From assembly GCA_028704635.1 (NCBI GenBank), contig JAQWFB010000005.1:26223-90222 (forward strand): a stretch of 64,000 bases of DNA, written 5' to 3'. Each line of letters starts with the position of its first letter. Position 1 is the first letter of the stretch. Under the pieces are notes generated by a model. That model searched no databases. It saw only the letters and a list, made by a program, of their open reading frames with translations, and was not told the origin of the DNA. Positions 38,046 to 48,491 of the stretch are shown here, one piece after another. Made by a program: the position numbers and the translations under genes. The DNA is from Candidatus Shapirobacteria bacterium. Its GTDB lineage: Bacteria > Patescibacteriota > Microgenomatia > UBA12405.

Positions 38046-39115
38046 AACATTATATTCTTATCCTCTGCGGCGGAACTGGACCTCGCCTTTGGCCCTTATC
38101 CCGAAAAAGCAAGCCTAAACAATTTCTCTCTTTTTTTGATAAAAAATCAATTTTAGAACAAACGATTAAAAGATCTCAACGTATTGCCGATAATAAAAAT
38201 ATTTACATCGTTTCTGGAAATGATTATATCGATCGAATTCTTAAAATTGCCAAGGATTTTAATTTAACCAAAAACATAATTATTGAACCAGAGAAGAAAA
38301 ATACCGCCCTGGCTATTCTTTATGCCACTATAAAGATTAAACAAATTGATCCAAACGCTATCATCAGCACTTTTCCTTCCGATCATTATATTAAAAATAC
38401 TGCTCGATTAAAACAAACTCTCAATAAAGCCAAAACCATTGCCAATCTTACTGATACTATTGTTACTATTGGCATTAAACCCACTAAACCAGAATCATCT
38501 TATGGTTACATTTGCCCTAATCAAAAAATAGACGACTATTACAATGTTTCTAAATTTATAGAAAAACCAGATCTCGAAAAAGCTAAAAATTTAATTGAAA
38601 AAAATTCATATTGGAATTCTGGTATCTATACTTTTTCTGTCTCTACATTACTTTCTGAATTTGAAAAATTACAACCAGAATATTTTGAAATCGCCATGAA
38701 TTTAGAAAAAAATTTAGACTATCCTAAAAAAATAGAGCAAATTTATAAACAATCCCCAAATTTATCCATCGACAAAGCTATCTCCGAAAAAACATCAAAA
38801 ATGATTATGATTCCAGCCACTTTTGATTGGAATGATATTGGTGAATGGCACACTATTTTTGAAAGTTTACTAAAGAAAAAAGATAATCACGCCATCATCG
38901 ATTCTAAAACTCAATTTTTAAGTATTAATTCTCAAAGCTGCTTAGTTTCCGGTCAAGATAAAAAATTAATCGGGTTAGTTGGTTTGAATAATTTAGCCGT
39001 AATTGATACCCCCGACGCTCTTTTAGTTTGTAATTTAGACTCTAGTTATAGCGTTCGAGATTTAGTAAGCTTGATTGTGAAAAGTAAAAAATATAAAAAA
39101 TACTTTTTAAATTAA
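38027..39115 (+). CDS. manC: Mannose-1-phosphate guanylyltransferase
   Basis: N-terminal ..ILCGGTGPRLWPLSRKSKPKQFL.. of the ManC/GMP family. Confidence 0.8.
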   Translation: MAESSIKHYILILCGGTGPRLWPLSRKSKPKQFLSFFDKKSILEQTIKRSQRIADNKNIYIVSGNDYIDRILKIAKDFNLTKNIIIEPEKKNTALAILYATIKIKQIDPNAIISTFPSDHYIKNTARLKQTLNKAKTIANLTDTIVTIGIKPTKPESSYGYICPNQKIDDYYNVSKFIEKPDLEKAKNLIEKNSYWNSGIYTFSVSTLLSEFEKLQPEYFEIAMNLEKNLDYPKKIEQIYKQSPNLSIDKAISEKTSKMIMIPATFDWNDIGEWHTIFESLLKKKDNHAIIDSKTQFLSINSQSCLVSGQDKKLIGLVGLNNLAVIDTPDALLVCNLDSSYSVRDLVSLIVKSKKYKKYFLN

Positions 39116-39117
39116 AA

Positions 39118-39756
39118 ATGAAAAAAACCTTATTTGCAATTTTTAAAAGAACAATTGATATTGTTGGCTCACTTATTCTGCTCATTTTATTTTCTCTTAT
39201 CATGTTAATTACTATGGTTTTAATCAAAATCAGCTCCCCAGGCCCAATTTTTTTTAAACAAAAAAGAGTTGGTAAAAACAGTCATCAATTTTGGATGTAT
39301 AAATTCCGTTCTATGTATACTGGCGATAATGATAAAAGACTAAGAGAAAATTATCCAGATCTTTGGAAAAAATATAAAGAAAGTGGTTGGAAACTAGAAA
39401 TGTCCGAAGATCCTCGTATCACCCCTATTGGTAAAAAAATTAGATCCCTTACTATCGACGAATTTCCTCAATTAATTAATGTGTTAAAAGGGGATATGAG
39501 TTTAGTTGGACCCAGAGCTTATCGAGAAGAAGAACTTCAAGAACAAGAAAAAAAATATCCTAAAACTAAAAAATATATTGATATTATCAGATCCGCTAAA
39601 CCAGGCATTACTGGTGTTTGGCAAACCAGTGGTCGAAATGATATTTCTTTTGAGCAACGAGCTAAAATGGATGCCGCATATATCAAAAAACAATCTTTTC
39701 TTGACGAAATACTTATAATTTTAAAAACGCCAACATCTATGTTGTCTCGTTGGTAA
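39118..39756 (+). CDS. Small monotopic phosphoglycosyltransferase (PglC/WbaP-C-terminal-like 'bacterial sugar transferase')
   Basis: ..KRTIDIVGSLILLI...SPGPIFFKQKRVGKN...FWMYKFRSM.. and ..DEFPQLINVLKGDMSLVGPR.. family motifs. Confidence 0.8.
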   Translation: MKKTLFAIFKRTIDIVGSLILLILFSLIMLITMVLIKISSPGPIFFKQKRVGKNSHQFWMYKFRSMYTGDNDKRLRENYPDLWKKYKESGWKLEMSEDPRITPIGKKIRSLTIDEFPQLINVLKGDMSLVGPRAYREEELQEQEKKYPKTKKYIDIIRSAKPGITGVWQTSGRNDISFEQRAKMDAAYIKKQSFLDEILIILKTPTSMLSRW

Positions 39757-41762
39757 TTTTAAGTTACACTTTTAATATGGAACAAGTAACATTAAATACG
39801 CCTCCAGTTATTTCTAGCCCACCAATTATCTCCCCGAATAAACCTACAGGTTCTGCTATTAAAACTGAATCCAACTCCAAAGAAAAAGTCAAAAAGAAAG
39901 TTTTACCGGTTCTTTATGTTCTATTAATTATTTTCTCTGTATTATTTGTTCTCCTTTTCTTTTTTATCTTTGTACCTGGTAAAAAAATATACGCCCAAAT
40001 CGGAAAAATTAGAGAGTCTGTTCCCACAATTAAACAAGCCATCAGCGATAAAGATTTGGATAAAATCAAAGAAACCTTGACCACAATTAAAACTCAAGAA
40101 GCTTCCATCGAAGCCAGTTATAAACAATTATCATGGATCAAAATTTTACCTGTTATAAATAATTATTATAAAGATGGCCAACAAGCTTTAATCATTGCTA
40201 AAGAGGGAATTGAAACTGGCGAAATTTTAGTTCAAGCCATTGAACCATATAAAGACTTTTTGGGCGCTAAAGGTAGTGCCACAAACAGTGAACAAACCAC
40301 CGAAGATCGTATTACCTTTTTAACTCAATCAGTTGAAGGATTAATCCCATATTTAGACCAAATTGAAACTAAAATAACTACTATTCAAAACGCCGCCGAT
40401 AAAATCGATCCTTCTCGCTATCCAGAAGAATTTAAAGGTTACAATATAAAATCCAATATCACTAAGCTTCAAGAAACAATTAATGAAAGTCACACATTAA
40501 TTAAAGATGGCAAACCAATTCTTTCCAAAATCTCTTGGCTTCTAGGTAAAGACAGCCCTAGAAAATATCTATTAGTTTTTCAAAATGACGGTGAACTCAG
40601 ACCAAGTGGTGGTTTTTGGACTGCCTTCAGTACCTTAACTGTCAAAGATGGAAAAGTAACTCCAGGCACTGCCAGTAATATTTACGATCTTGACGATAAA
40701 CTAAACAGTAAAATTGCAGCCCCAAGATTGATTAAGTCATACCACATAAATGTCCCTTATTTAACTCTTCGTGACAGTAATCTTTCACCAGACTTTCCAA
40801 CTGATGCTCAAATATTCTTAGAACAATACACAAAAGCTATGGGTGGTAAAGATAAGTTTGACGCTGTTATTGCTATTGATACTAATTTACTAGTTGATAT
40901 GGTTAAAATTTTAGGAAAATTAGATACCAGAGTTGGAACTTTTACCACCGAACCTGATAAAAGATGTGATGGCTGCCCTTCCATAATTTACGAACTAGAA
41001 TGGATTTCCGGACGACCAAGAAATTATATTGAAAAAAATCGAAAAGATTTCTTAAACCCTCTAATGTCGTCATTACTAGCGAATTTAATGGGGTCAGAAA
41101 AATCAAAAATGGGATCAATCATTGAAGCTGGTCTAAAAAATATTAATGAAAAACACGTTTTATTTTATTTTCCAGATGAAGAAATGCAAAAAATTGGAAA
41201 CCTAGCCAATATTACTGGAAAAATAATTGATGTTGACAAAAGTGTTGATTATATTCATTTAAACGATGCCAATTTTGCCAGTGCTAAAAGCAATATTTTT
41301 ATTACTCAAAAAATTAAACACGACATTACCATTAAAGATGGTGTAGCTGAACACAAAATTTCGGTAACTTATGATAATCCAACCGCCGCATCAAACTGTA
41401 ATTTGGAAAAGGGTGATTTATGTTTAAACGCCGCTCAATATCGTGACTTATTTAGATTTTATGTTCCAATCGGTTCTAAACTCATTAAAATGACTGGTTC
41501 AGAAGTTGAAGTAGAGCCTTATGAAGAACTAAATAAATTAGTTTTTGAAGGCTTTTATGGTAATAAATATGCTTTAAATGCCAAATCAAATCTTAAAACT
41601 TCAGTGCAATATACCTCAGGAGCTACTATCGGATCAACTTACACCTTAGTACTTCAAAAACAACCAGGGACAAAACCGGTTGAATATGAATTAACTATAA
41701 ACGGTGAAGAACAACCAATTTTCCAATGGGCAGCCGATAAAACCATCAAATTTTCTTTATAA
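39750..41762 (+). CDS. Large N-terminally anchored exported protein, DUF4012-like
   Basis: Single TM after a short N-terminus; ..VFQNDGELRPSGGFW.. resembles the DUF4012 signature (from memory, unverified). Confidence 0.45.
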   Translation: MVILSYTFNMEQVTLNTPPVISSPPIISPNKPTGSAIKTESNSKEKVKKKVLPVLYVLLIIFSVLFVLLFFFIFVPGKKIYAQIGKIRESVPTIKQAISDKDLDKIKETLTTIKTQEASIEASYKQLSWIKILPVINNYYKDGQQALIIAKEGIETGEILVQAIEPYKDFLGAKGSATNSEQTTEDRITFLTQSVEGLIPYLDQIETKITTIQNAADKIDPSRYPEEFKGYNIKSNITKLQETINESHTLIKDGKPILSKISWLLGKDSPRKYLLVFQNDGELRPSGGFWTAFSTLTVKDGKVTPGTASNIYDLDDKLNSKIAAPRLIKSYHINVPYLTLRDSNLSPDFPTDAQIFLEQYTKAMGGKDKFDAVIAIDTNLLVDMVKILGKLDTRVGTFTTEPDKRCDGCPSIIYELEWISGRPRNYIEKNRKDFLNPLMSSLLANLMGSEKSKMGSIIEAGLKNINEKHVLFYFPDEEMQKIGNLANITGKIIDVDKSVDYIHLNDANFASAKSNIFITQKIKHDITIKDGVAEHKISVTYDNPTAASNCNLEKGDLCLNAAQYRDLFRFYVPIGSKLIKMTGSEVEVEPYEELNKLVFEGFYGNKYALNAKSNLKTSVQYTSGATIGSTYTLVLQKQPGTKPVEYELTINGEEQPIFQWAADKTIKFSL

Positions 41763-42322
41763 TGGATAAATACCAAAACACAATTGGTATTGTTATTAAT
41801 AAAAAAACTGTCAAAGAAACTGATTTATTGATAACTCTTTTAACCCCAAGGAAAGGAAAAATAATTGCTTTAGCTAAAGGCGCCAAAAATATCAAAAGTA
41901 GTAGACTAAGTTCACTCCAGCTTGGTAACACTATCAAAGTCCAACTTTATCAAAAAAATGATTTTTTATGGTTATCAGAAGCCCAAACCATTACCCCGTT
42001 TTTACAAACCAGTAAAAGTCTCACCCAAATAAATCTATTATTTTATTTTTTAGAAATTTTAAATCGTCTCATCGCTGAAAATCAACAAATTGAAAATATT
42101 TATCAAATATCCCAAGAAATTATCGACGCCATCAATCAAAATCAATTAAATCGATATATTAAAAACGAAATTCTTTTTTTAGAAACCCTCGGCTTTGGTG
42201 TTCCTAATGAAATAAATTTATATTTTCAAAAAAAAGACTATAAAACTACTCAACAATTAATCAAAGGATTTTTTGAATCCATCATCGAAAAACCTTTAGA
42301 ATCAAATAAACTTTTCAAATAA
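41762..42322 (+). CDS. recO: DNA repair protein RecO (short form)
   Basis: N-terminal OB-fold region ..GIVINKKTVKETDLLITLLTPRKGKIIALAKGAKNIKSSRLSSLQLGN.. aligns with the RecO N-terminus. Confidence 0.6.
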   Translation: MDKYQNTIGIVINKKTVKETDLLITLLTPRKGKIIALAKGAKNIKSSRLSSLQLGNTIKVQLYQKNDFLWLSEAQTITPFLQTSKSLTQINLLFYFLEILNRLIAENQQIENIYQISQEIIDAINQNQLNRYIKNEILFLETLGFGVPNEINLYFQKKDYKTTQQLIKGFFESIIEKPLESNKLFK

Positions 42323-42340
42323 TCTCAGGTATAATATTCC

Positions 42341-43663
42341 ATGGCAGAAAAAAATCAAACCGAACTCGTTAGTAAAATCGTCAGTCTTTGTAAAAGGCGC
42401 GGAATTATTTTTCAAAACTCAGAAATCTACGGCGGTGTCCAAGGTTTCTATGATTATGGCCCTGTCGGTTCTTTGATGAAATTAAATTGGAAAAATCTTT
42501 GGTGGACTGATAATGTCGTCAAACGACGAGATGTCGTTGGTATCGACGGTTCTATTATTACCCATCCTACTGTTTGGCAAGCTTCTGGCCATGTCAAGAA
42601 TTTTGCCGATGTTATGGTTGAATGTAAATCTTGTCACAAAAGATTCCGCCCCGATCTTCTCGATGATACATCTAAATGTCCCGAATGTGGCGGTCAATTT
42701 ACTGAAGGTCGAAAATACAACATTTTATTTGAAACTGAAATTGGTGTCATCGAAGGTGAAAAACAACACGCCTATTTAAGAGGGGAAGCCTGCCAGACCA
42801 TTTATCTCGATTTTAAAAATATTGTCGATTCTTGTCGTGTCAAAATCCCCTTTGGTATTGCTCAAATTGGAAAAGCTTTCCGAAATGAAATCACTCCAAA
42901 AAATTTCCTCTATCGCACCCGAGAATTTGAACAATGGGACATTCAATATTTTGTTCATCCTACCGAAATGGACAAATGGTTTGAATATTGGAAAGAAAAT
43001 CGCATGACTTGGTATAAAAAAATATTTAATAATTCCGAAAATTTAAGATTTAGAGAACATGCTAAAGACGAATTAGCTTTTTATGCAAAAAAAGCTTTTG
43101 ATATTGAATATAATGCTCCTTGGGGTTGGGCAGAAATGGAAGGAATTCATTGGCGTTCTGATTATGATTTGACCCAACATTCCAAATTCAGTGGCCAAGA
43201 TCTTTCCTATCTCGATCCGATCACTCACGAAAAATATTTACCTCATATCACCGAAACTTCTGGTGGTGTCGACCGTAGTTTCTTTTTTATACTCCTCGAT
43301 GCTTACCGCGAAGAAAAAAACGAATCAGGAGAAATTCGTACTGTTTTAAAAATAAATCCCAAAATTTCTGCCTATAAAATGGCTATTCTTCCACTTGCCG
43401 CCAATAAGCCAGAATTGATCAAAAAAGCTGAAGATATTTTTGAAAAATTAAATGAAAAATATTCAGTTGATTGGGATGACAGTAGTAATATCGGTAAAAA
43501 ATATCGTCGCCAAGACGAAATCGGTACTCCTTGGTGTTTAGTTATTGATTATCAAACTCTCGAAGATAACACAGTCAGTATCCGTGATCGAGATACTATG
43601 AAACAAATCCGAATTAAGGCCGATGAGGTTGACAATTGGCTGGAAAAACAGTTAAATAAATAA
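42341..43663 (+). CDS. glyQS: Glycine--tRNA ligase, alpha2 (GlyQS) type
   Basis: ..IYGGVQGFYDYGPVGSLMK.. and class II aaRS motifs; zinc-knuckle insertion CxxC..CxxC. Confidence 0.85.
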   Translation: MAEKNQTELVSKIVSLCKRRGIIFQNSEIYGGVQGFYDYGPVGSLMKLNWKNLWWTDNVVKRRDVVGIDGSIITHPTVWQASGHVKNFADVMVECKSCHKRFRPDLLDDTSKCPECGGQFTEGRKYNILFETEIGVIEGEKQHAYLRGEACQTIYLDFKNIVDSCRVKIPFGIAQIGKAFRNEITPKNFLYRTREFEQWDIQYFVHPTEMDKWFEYWKENRMTWYKKIFNNSENLRFREHAKDELAFYAKKAFDIEYNAPWGWAEMEGIHWRSDYDLTQHSKFSGQDLSYLDPITHEKYLPHITETSGGVDRSFFFILLDAYREEKNESGEIRTVLKINPKISAYKMAILPLAANKPELIKKAEDIFEKLNEKYSVDWDDSSNIGKKYRRQDEIGTPWCLVIDYQTLEDNTVSIRDRDTMKQIRIKADEVDNWLEKQLNK

Positions 43664-43664
43664 T

Positions 43665-44378
43665 ATGAAGAAATCAATAATAATTTTTATTTCTATTGGT
43701 GTTGTTATTTTAGTCTCATTAATTTTATTTTTTACTTTAAATAAAAAAAATACTCCTGAAACCAAAACTACCACTAAAACCACTAAAGCTTCTAAAAAAA
43801 TTGAATTGTCGGCTGACGAAAAACCCTATATTAATCTTATTCCCACTGTCGATGGTCATACCTTATCCCTTAAAATCACTCAAATTCCATCTAAATTTAC
43901 CAGTATCGATTACGAATTAATTTACACTGCTAAAGATGAAAATATAGAAATTGAAAAAGGAGTCAGCGGTACTATAAAAAATTCTGAATATTCTTCAGCT
44001 AAAGATCTTTTATTAGGTACTGCTAGTTGTACCAACGGTTGTAAATATAAATATGATGAAGGTGTCACTGGTGGAATTCTTACTTTAACTTTAGCCACCG
44101 ACAATAAAGAATATGTCGCTTACGAAACTCCATTTGTTTTAACTAATTCCGCCGACATTAACAAAGAAAAGAAAATAAGTTTGACTGAGGAAAATTTTAT
44201 TATCAATGGCACTGTCACTTCCAAAAGTGATTTCTTCATCGCCTTTAAAAATTTCCAATCCCTTTATTCTGTTTTCTCCAGCGGCAATGGTAAAGGCAAA
44301 ATTACTTCAATCGAGCCAACCACTGTTACTAAAACCGATTTAACCTCAATAACTGGTGATTACACCATTACTCAATAA
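43665..44378 (+). CDS. Hypothetical exported protein (N-terminal TM/signal anchor)
   Basis: Hydrophobic N-terminus, then a TKTT-rich linker. Confidence 0.45.
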   Translation: MKKSIIIFISIGVVILVSLILFFTLNKKNTPETKTTTKTTKASKKIELSADEKPYINLIPTVDGHTLSLKITQIPSKFTSIDYELIYTAKDENIEIEKGVSGTIKNSEYSSAKDLLLGTASCTNGCKYKYDEGVTGGILTLTLATDNKEYVAYETPFVLTNSADINKEKKISLTEENFIINGTVTSKSDFFIAFKNFQSLYSVFSSGNGKGKITSIEPTTVTKTDLTSITGDYTITQ

Positions 44379-45262
44379 TGGAATTTCACACTCCTGTACT
44401 GTTAACTGAAACCATCGATCTTCTTGATGTCCAAAAAAATAAAATTTATATTGACGGCACTCTTGGTCATGGTGGGCATACTCTAGAAATTCTTAAAAGA
44501 GGCGGCATTGTATATGGTGTCGATCAAGACCCAAAAAATTTAGAAATCGCCACCAATCGAATCAAAAAAGCAGGATTTGAAAAACAATTTTTTCCAATTC
44601 ACAATAATTTTAATCAATTAGAAAATATTGTTAATAAAAATATTAAACAAAAGATTGACGGTCTAATCATTGATCTTGGTCTTAGTCAAAATCAGCAAAC
44701 CGATCAAGACAGGGGGTTTTCATTCAATGATGAAAATTCTCTCGATATGAGATTAGATCCAGAAAACCAAGAATTGACCGCCGAAGAAATTATTAATACC
44801 TATGATTACGATCAACTTTTCGAAATATTTAGTAAATATGCCCAAGAGGTCTATAGTAAACCGATCACTTTAAAAATTATCAGGGAACGCCAAAAAAAAC
44901 CAATTAAAACAGCCACAAGATTGGCAAATATTGTTAGAGATTTTTATAAAGAACGCCACATTAAATCAAAAATTGATCCCAGTACTAAAATATTTTTAAG
45001 TCTCAGAATTGTGGTTAACGACGAATTTAACAATTTAAAAAATTTCCTTGTTCAAAGTTTAAGAACTGTTGATAAAAACAGTAATGTTTGTATCATTTCT
45101 TTTCATTCCGGTGAAGATCGAATTGTTAAGCAATTCATCAAAGAATACTCTGATCAAAAAGTTATTATCGAAAACAAAAAACCTACTAAAACCTCTTTTC
45201 AAGAAACAAAGAAAAACCCTTTATCTCGCTCAGCTACTCTAAGATCGTATAAAATAGTATAA
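44378..45262 (+). CDS. rsmH: 16S rRNA (cytosine1402-N4)-methyltransferase RsmH/MraW
   Basis: MEFHTPVLLTE...DGTLGHGGH.. signature; first gene of the dcw cluster. Confidence 0.85.
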   Translation: MEFHTPVLLTETIDLLDVQKNKIYIDGTLGHGGHTLEILKRGGIVYGVDQDPKNLEIATNRIKKAGFEKQFFPIHNNFNQLENIVNKNIKQKIDGLIIDLGLSQNQQTDQDRGFSFNDENSLDMRLDPENQELTAEEIINTYDYDQLFEIFSKYAQEVYSKPITLKIIRERQKKPIKTATRLANIVRDFYKERHIKSKIDPSTKIFLSLRIVVNDEFNNLKNFLVQSLRTVDKNSNVCIISFHSGEDRIVKQFIKEYSDQKVIIENKKPTKTSFQETKKNPLSRSATLRSYKIV

Positions 45263-45263
45263 G

Positions 45264-45521
45264 ATGTTAAACAAACCGTTTTTTTTACTCATCTTTTTTT
45301 TGATAATTATTCAGGTCATTTTTTCGTTTTATTATTCCAGTGAAATTATTAATCAGAATAATTTAATTAATCAAAATCAAATCAATCTTCAATCTATTAA
45401 GATTAAAAATCAAGAATTAGAGGAAGAACTGGCCACTTTATCATCTTTATCTAGAATCGAAGCCACTGCCAGTCAAAAAAATTACAAAAATCTAAAAGAA
45501 ACTATAAATCTTCAAAATTAA
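45264..45521 (+). CDS. ftsL: FtsL/DivIC-like small bitopic division protein
   Basis: 85 aa, N-terminal TM plus coiled coil (..NQELEEELATLSS..); position between rsmH and ftsI. Confidence 0.4.
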   Translation: MLNKPFFLLIFFLIIIQVIFSFYYSSEIINQNNLINQNQINLQSIKIKNQELEEELATLSSLSRIEATASQKNYKNLKETINLQN

Positions 45522-45522
45522 A

Positions 45523-47175
45523 GTGCAAAATTCAAGATCTAAAATATTATCTATCGCTCTCACTTTTTGTTTTATTATTGTTTCTTTTCGTTTTTTTTAT
45601 TGGCAGGTTTTAAAAGCCCCGGAATTAAAAGAAAAAGCTAAAAATCAAACTTACAAACTTGAAAAATTATTACCAGAACGTGGAAAAATATATTCTTCTG
45701 ATAATTTTCCTTTGGTTTTAAATCAAACTACTTACCAACTTTCCCTTTATAAACCAAATTTTAAAGAAGATTTGGATAAAATTTTAGACCAAATTGAACA
45801 AACTTATCCAAATTTTAAAACTGAAAATAGCGAATCTCTGGAAAAATTTAAAAATAATCCAAACCAAAAATGGATAACTTTCAACTCTGCCTTAAACGAA
45901 AAACAAAAAAATACGTTATATATACCCGGAATTGAATTTCAAAAAATAGAAAAAAGATTTTATCCAGAAAATTCCATGGCTAAAGATATTCTTGGAGCTA
46001 TTGGTAAAGATCTTAGCGGAAACCAAATTGGATATGGCGGTCTCGAAGCTTTTTATCAAAAACAATTACAAGGAAAAACTGGTTTCGTTTGGGGACCCCA
46101 AGATGCCACCGGAAAAACTATTTTAAATAAAAAAAGTTGGAGTTCAGACGCTGTTAATGGCAGAAATATTTTTACCAATATTAATCGCAGTGCTCAATTT
46201 TACGTTGAAAAACTTCTTCAAAAAGGTATTAATGAATTTTCTGCTGATTCTGGCTCAATTACCATTATAGAACCAAAAACCGGAGCTGTTTTAGCTATGG
46301 CGTCTCTCACTGCCACCAATTCTGCTACTATCAGTTCAATCAGAAATCCTGCCATTTCTAATCTTTTTGAACCAGGATCAATTTTTAAACCATTAATAGT
46401 TTCTATGGCTCTCGACACTAAAGCCATCGACACCAATTACATCTGTACAAAATGTAATCAACCCCATACTATCGGTAAATATAATATTAGTAATTGGGAT
46501 AGCGAATTTCATGCTGATTCTAGTCTCCGAGATATTATTAAAAATTCCGACAACATCGGCATGAGTTATATTATTGCCAAACTTGGTCTTAATAATTTTT
46601 TAAATTATTATCAAAAACTCGGTCTAACCCAAAAAACCGGCATTGATCTTCAAGGGGAAGCTAAACCGACAGTTAAAACTGAGTGGCCAGAAATCGATTT
46701 AGCCACTGCTTCTTTCGGGCAAGGAATTGTTGTTACTCAAATCGGCATGCTCCAAGCTTTTAACACTATCGCTAATGACGGTATTTTAGTCAAACCTAAA
46801 GTCGTCAGTTATTTTACTGAAAACGATAAAATTATTAAAAATAAGAATCAAAAAGAAATCCAAGTTTTTAATCAACAAACCATAAAAGATATTAAATCGA
46901 TTTTAAAATATTCAGTTGAAAATGGTGTTGTCGCCAAAATGAAGCCTGAAAATCTTGAGGTTTGTGCTAAAAGCGGCACAGCTCAAGTAGCTATCAGTGG
47001 CAGTTATGAAAATAATTCTTCCACTATTGCTTCATATATTGGTTTTTCTCCTTGTTATAATCCCAAATTTACTATGATTGTCACTATTAATAACCCAAAA
47101 ACCTCACCATGGGGATCAAGCACTGCTGCTCCAATTTGGTATGAATTAGCATCAAAATTAAACGATTTGTTATAA
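45523..47175 (+). CDS. ftsI: Peptidoglycan D,D-transpeptidase FtsI (class B PBP)
   Basis: N-terminal TM, ..GSIFKP.. (SxxK), ..SDN.., ..KSGTAQ.. motifs. Confidence 0.8.
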   Translation: MQNSRSKILSIALTFCFIIVSFRFFYWQVLKAPELKEKAKNQTYKLEKLLPERGKIYSSDNFPLVLNQTTYQLSLYKPNFKEDLDKILDQIEQTYPNFKTENSESLEKFKNNPNQKWITFNSALNEKQKNTLYIPGIEFQKIEKRFYPENSMAKDILGAIGKDLSGNQIGYGGLEAFYQKQLQGKTGFVWGPQDATGKTILNKKSWSSDAVNGRNIFTNINRSAQFYVEKLLQKGINEFSADSGSITIIEPKTGAVLAMASLTATNSATISSIRNPAISNLFEPGSIFKPLIVSMALDTKAIDTNYICTKCNQPHTIGKYNISNWDSEFHADSSLRDIIKNSDNIGMSYIIAKLGLNNFLNYYQKLGLTQKTGIDLQGEAKPTVKTEWPEIDLATASFGQGIVVTQIGMLQAFNTIANDGILVKPKVVSYFTENDKIIKNKNQKEIQVFNQQTIKDIKSILKYSVENGVVAKMKPENLEVCAKSGTAQVAISGSYENNSSTIASYIGFSPCYNPKFTMIVTINNPKTSPWGSSTAAPIWYELASKLNDLL

Positions 47176-47188
47176 TTGAATACTTTCA

Positions 47189-48490
47189 ATGGTTCAAAAA
47201 TTTAAAAACGTCTTTCTACATTTACCAAAAAGTTTTTTTTACAATTTAAAGTACAGTTTTCCAAGTAAAAAATTAACTCTAATTGGTATCACTGGAACAG
47301 ACGGTAAAACTACTACTTGCACCCTAATTAATGAAATATTAAAACAATCTGGTCTAAAGACTGGGTTAATTACCACTATTGGTGCAAAAATTGGCGATAA
47401 AGAAATAGATACTGGCTTTCATACCACCACTCCAGACCCATCTATTCTTCAAAAAATTTTTAATGATATGGTGAAGGCTAGAATAACCCATGTTGTTTGT
47501 GAAGTTACCTCGCATGCCCTTGATCAATATCGTTTTTGGGGTTGCAACTTTGAAGTTTCTGGTATTACCAACACCTCACATGAGCATCTCGATTATCACA
47601 AAGATATAGAATCTTATATTGGAACTAAAGCCAAGCTTTTTTCAGTTTCCAAAAGTGCTGTTTTAAATAAAGATGATCAATCTTTCGACCTTATAAAAAA
47701 ACAAATTAAAATCCCTTTTAAAACATTTAGTATTAAAAAAACTTCAGACTATCAAGCCCAAAAAATTAAATTAGATTCAAACTCATTAAGCTTCCATATT
47801 AATGGTCAAAAATTTACTACCGACAGTAATTACGAATATCAAGTCTACAATATCCTTTTAGCCACCGCAATTTGCTACAAATTAGGAATAAGTTCAGAAA
47901 TAATTCAACGAGTAATAAAACATTTTCCAGAAACAAAAGGTCGTCGAGAAGAAATTCAAAATGAACTCAAATTTAAAACCATTATCGATTTTGCCCACAC
48001 TCCATTTGCTCTCGAGTCATCACTTTCTTCACTTAAGAAAACTAACCAAGGAAAAACTATAGTCATTTTTGGGGCCACTGGTGGACGAGATCAAAGTAAG
48101 CGCCCAATAATGGGTGAAATTGTTTCTAAATTAGCCAACATTGCCTTAATCACTTCCGACGATACTAGAAATGAAAAAATAGAAAATATTAATAAACAAA
48201 TAATAAGTGGTATTGATCCAAAAAAATCAGAATTGGTTGATTATCAAGAAGTTAAAAATAAAAAACAAATTCAAAAAGTACTCGAATTATCCAATAAAAA
48301 GTTTATATATTTTAATATTCCCAATCGCCAAGATGCTTTTAATTTGGCCATAAAATTAGCCCAGCCTAACGATGTTGTTATCGCCTGCGGTAAGGGCCAT
48401 GAAACCACTATTCTCCATGGACACACCGAATATCCCTGGTCAGAAGCAGAAGCTTTTAGAACCGCTTTCAGACTTCGAAAAACAAAATAA
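47189..48490 (+). CDS. murE: UDP-N-acetylmuramoyl-L-alanyl-D-glutamate--diamino acid ligase MurE
   Basis: ..GITGTDGKTTT.. P-loop, ..TTPDPS.., ..TSHALDQYR.., C-terminal ..GKGHE.. Confidence 0.7.
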   Translation: MVQKFKNVFLHLPKSFFYNLKYSFPSKKLTLIGITGTDGKTTTCTLINEILKQSGLKTGLITTIGAKIGDKEIDTGFHTTTPDPSILQKIFNDMVKARITHVVCEVTSHALDQYRFWGCNFEVSGITNTSHEHLDYHKDIESYIGTKAKLFSVSKSAVLNKDDQSFDLIKKQIKIPFKTFSIKKTSDYQAQKIKLDSNSLSFHINGQKFTTDSNYEYQVYNILLATAICYKLGISSEIIQRVIKHFPETKGRREEIQNELKFKTIIDFAHTPFALESSLSSLKKTNQGKTIVIFGATGGRDQSKRPIMGEIVSKLANIALITSDDTRNEKIENINKQIISGIDPKKSELVDYQEVKNKKQIQKVLELSNKKFIYFNIPNRQDAFNLAIKLAQPNDVVIACGKGHETTILHGHTEYPWSEAEAFRTAFRLRKTK

Positions 48491-48491
48491 T

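Noticed and set aside
43734-43800. ACCAAAACTACCACTAAAACCACTAAAGC iterations
   Set aside because: This is coding low-complexity sequence (TKTTTKTTKASKK linker of an exported protein), not an independent DNA repeat element.
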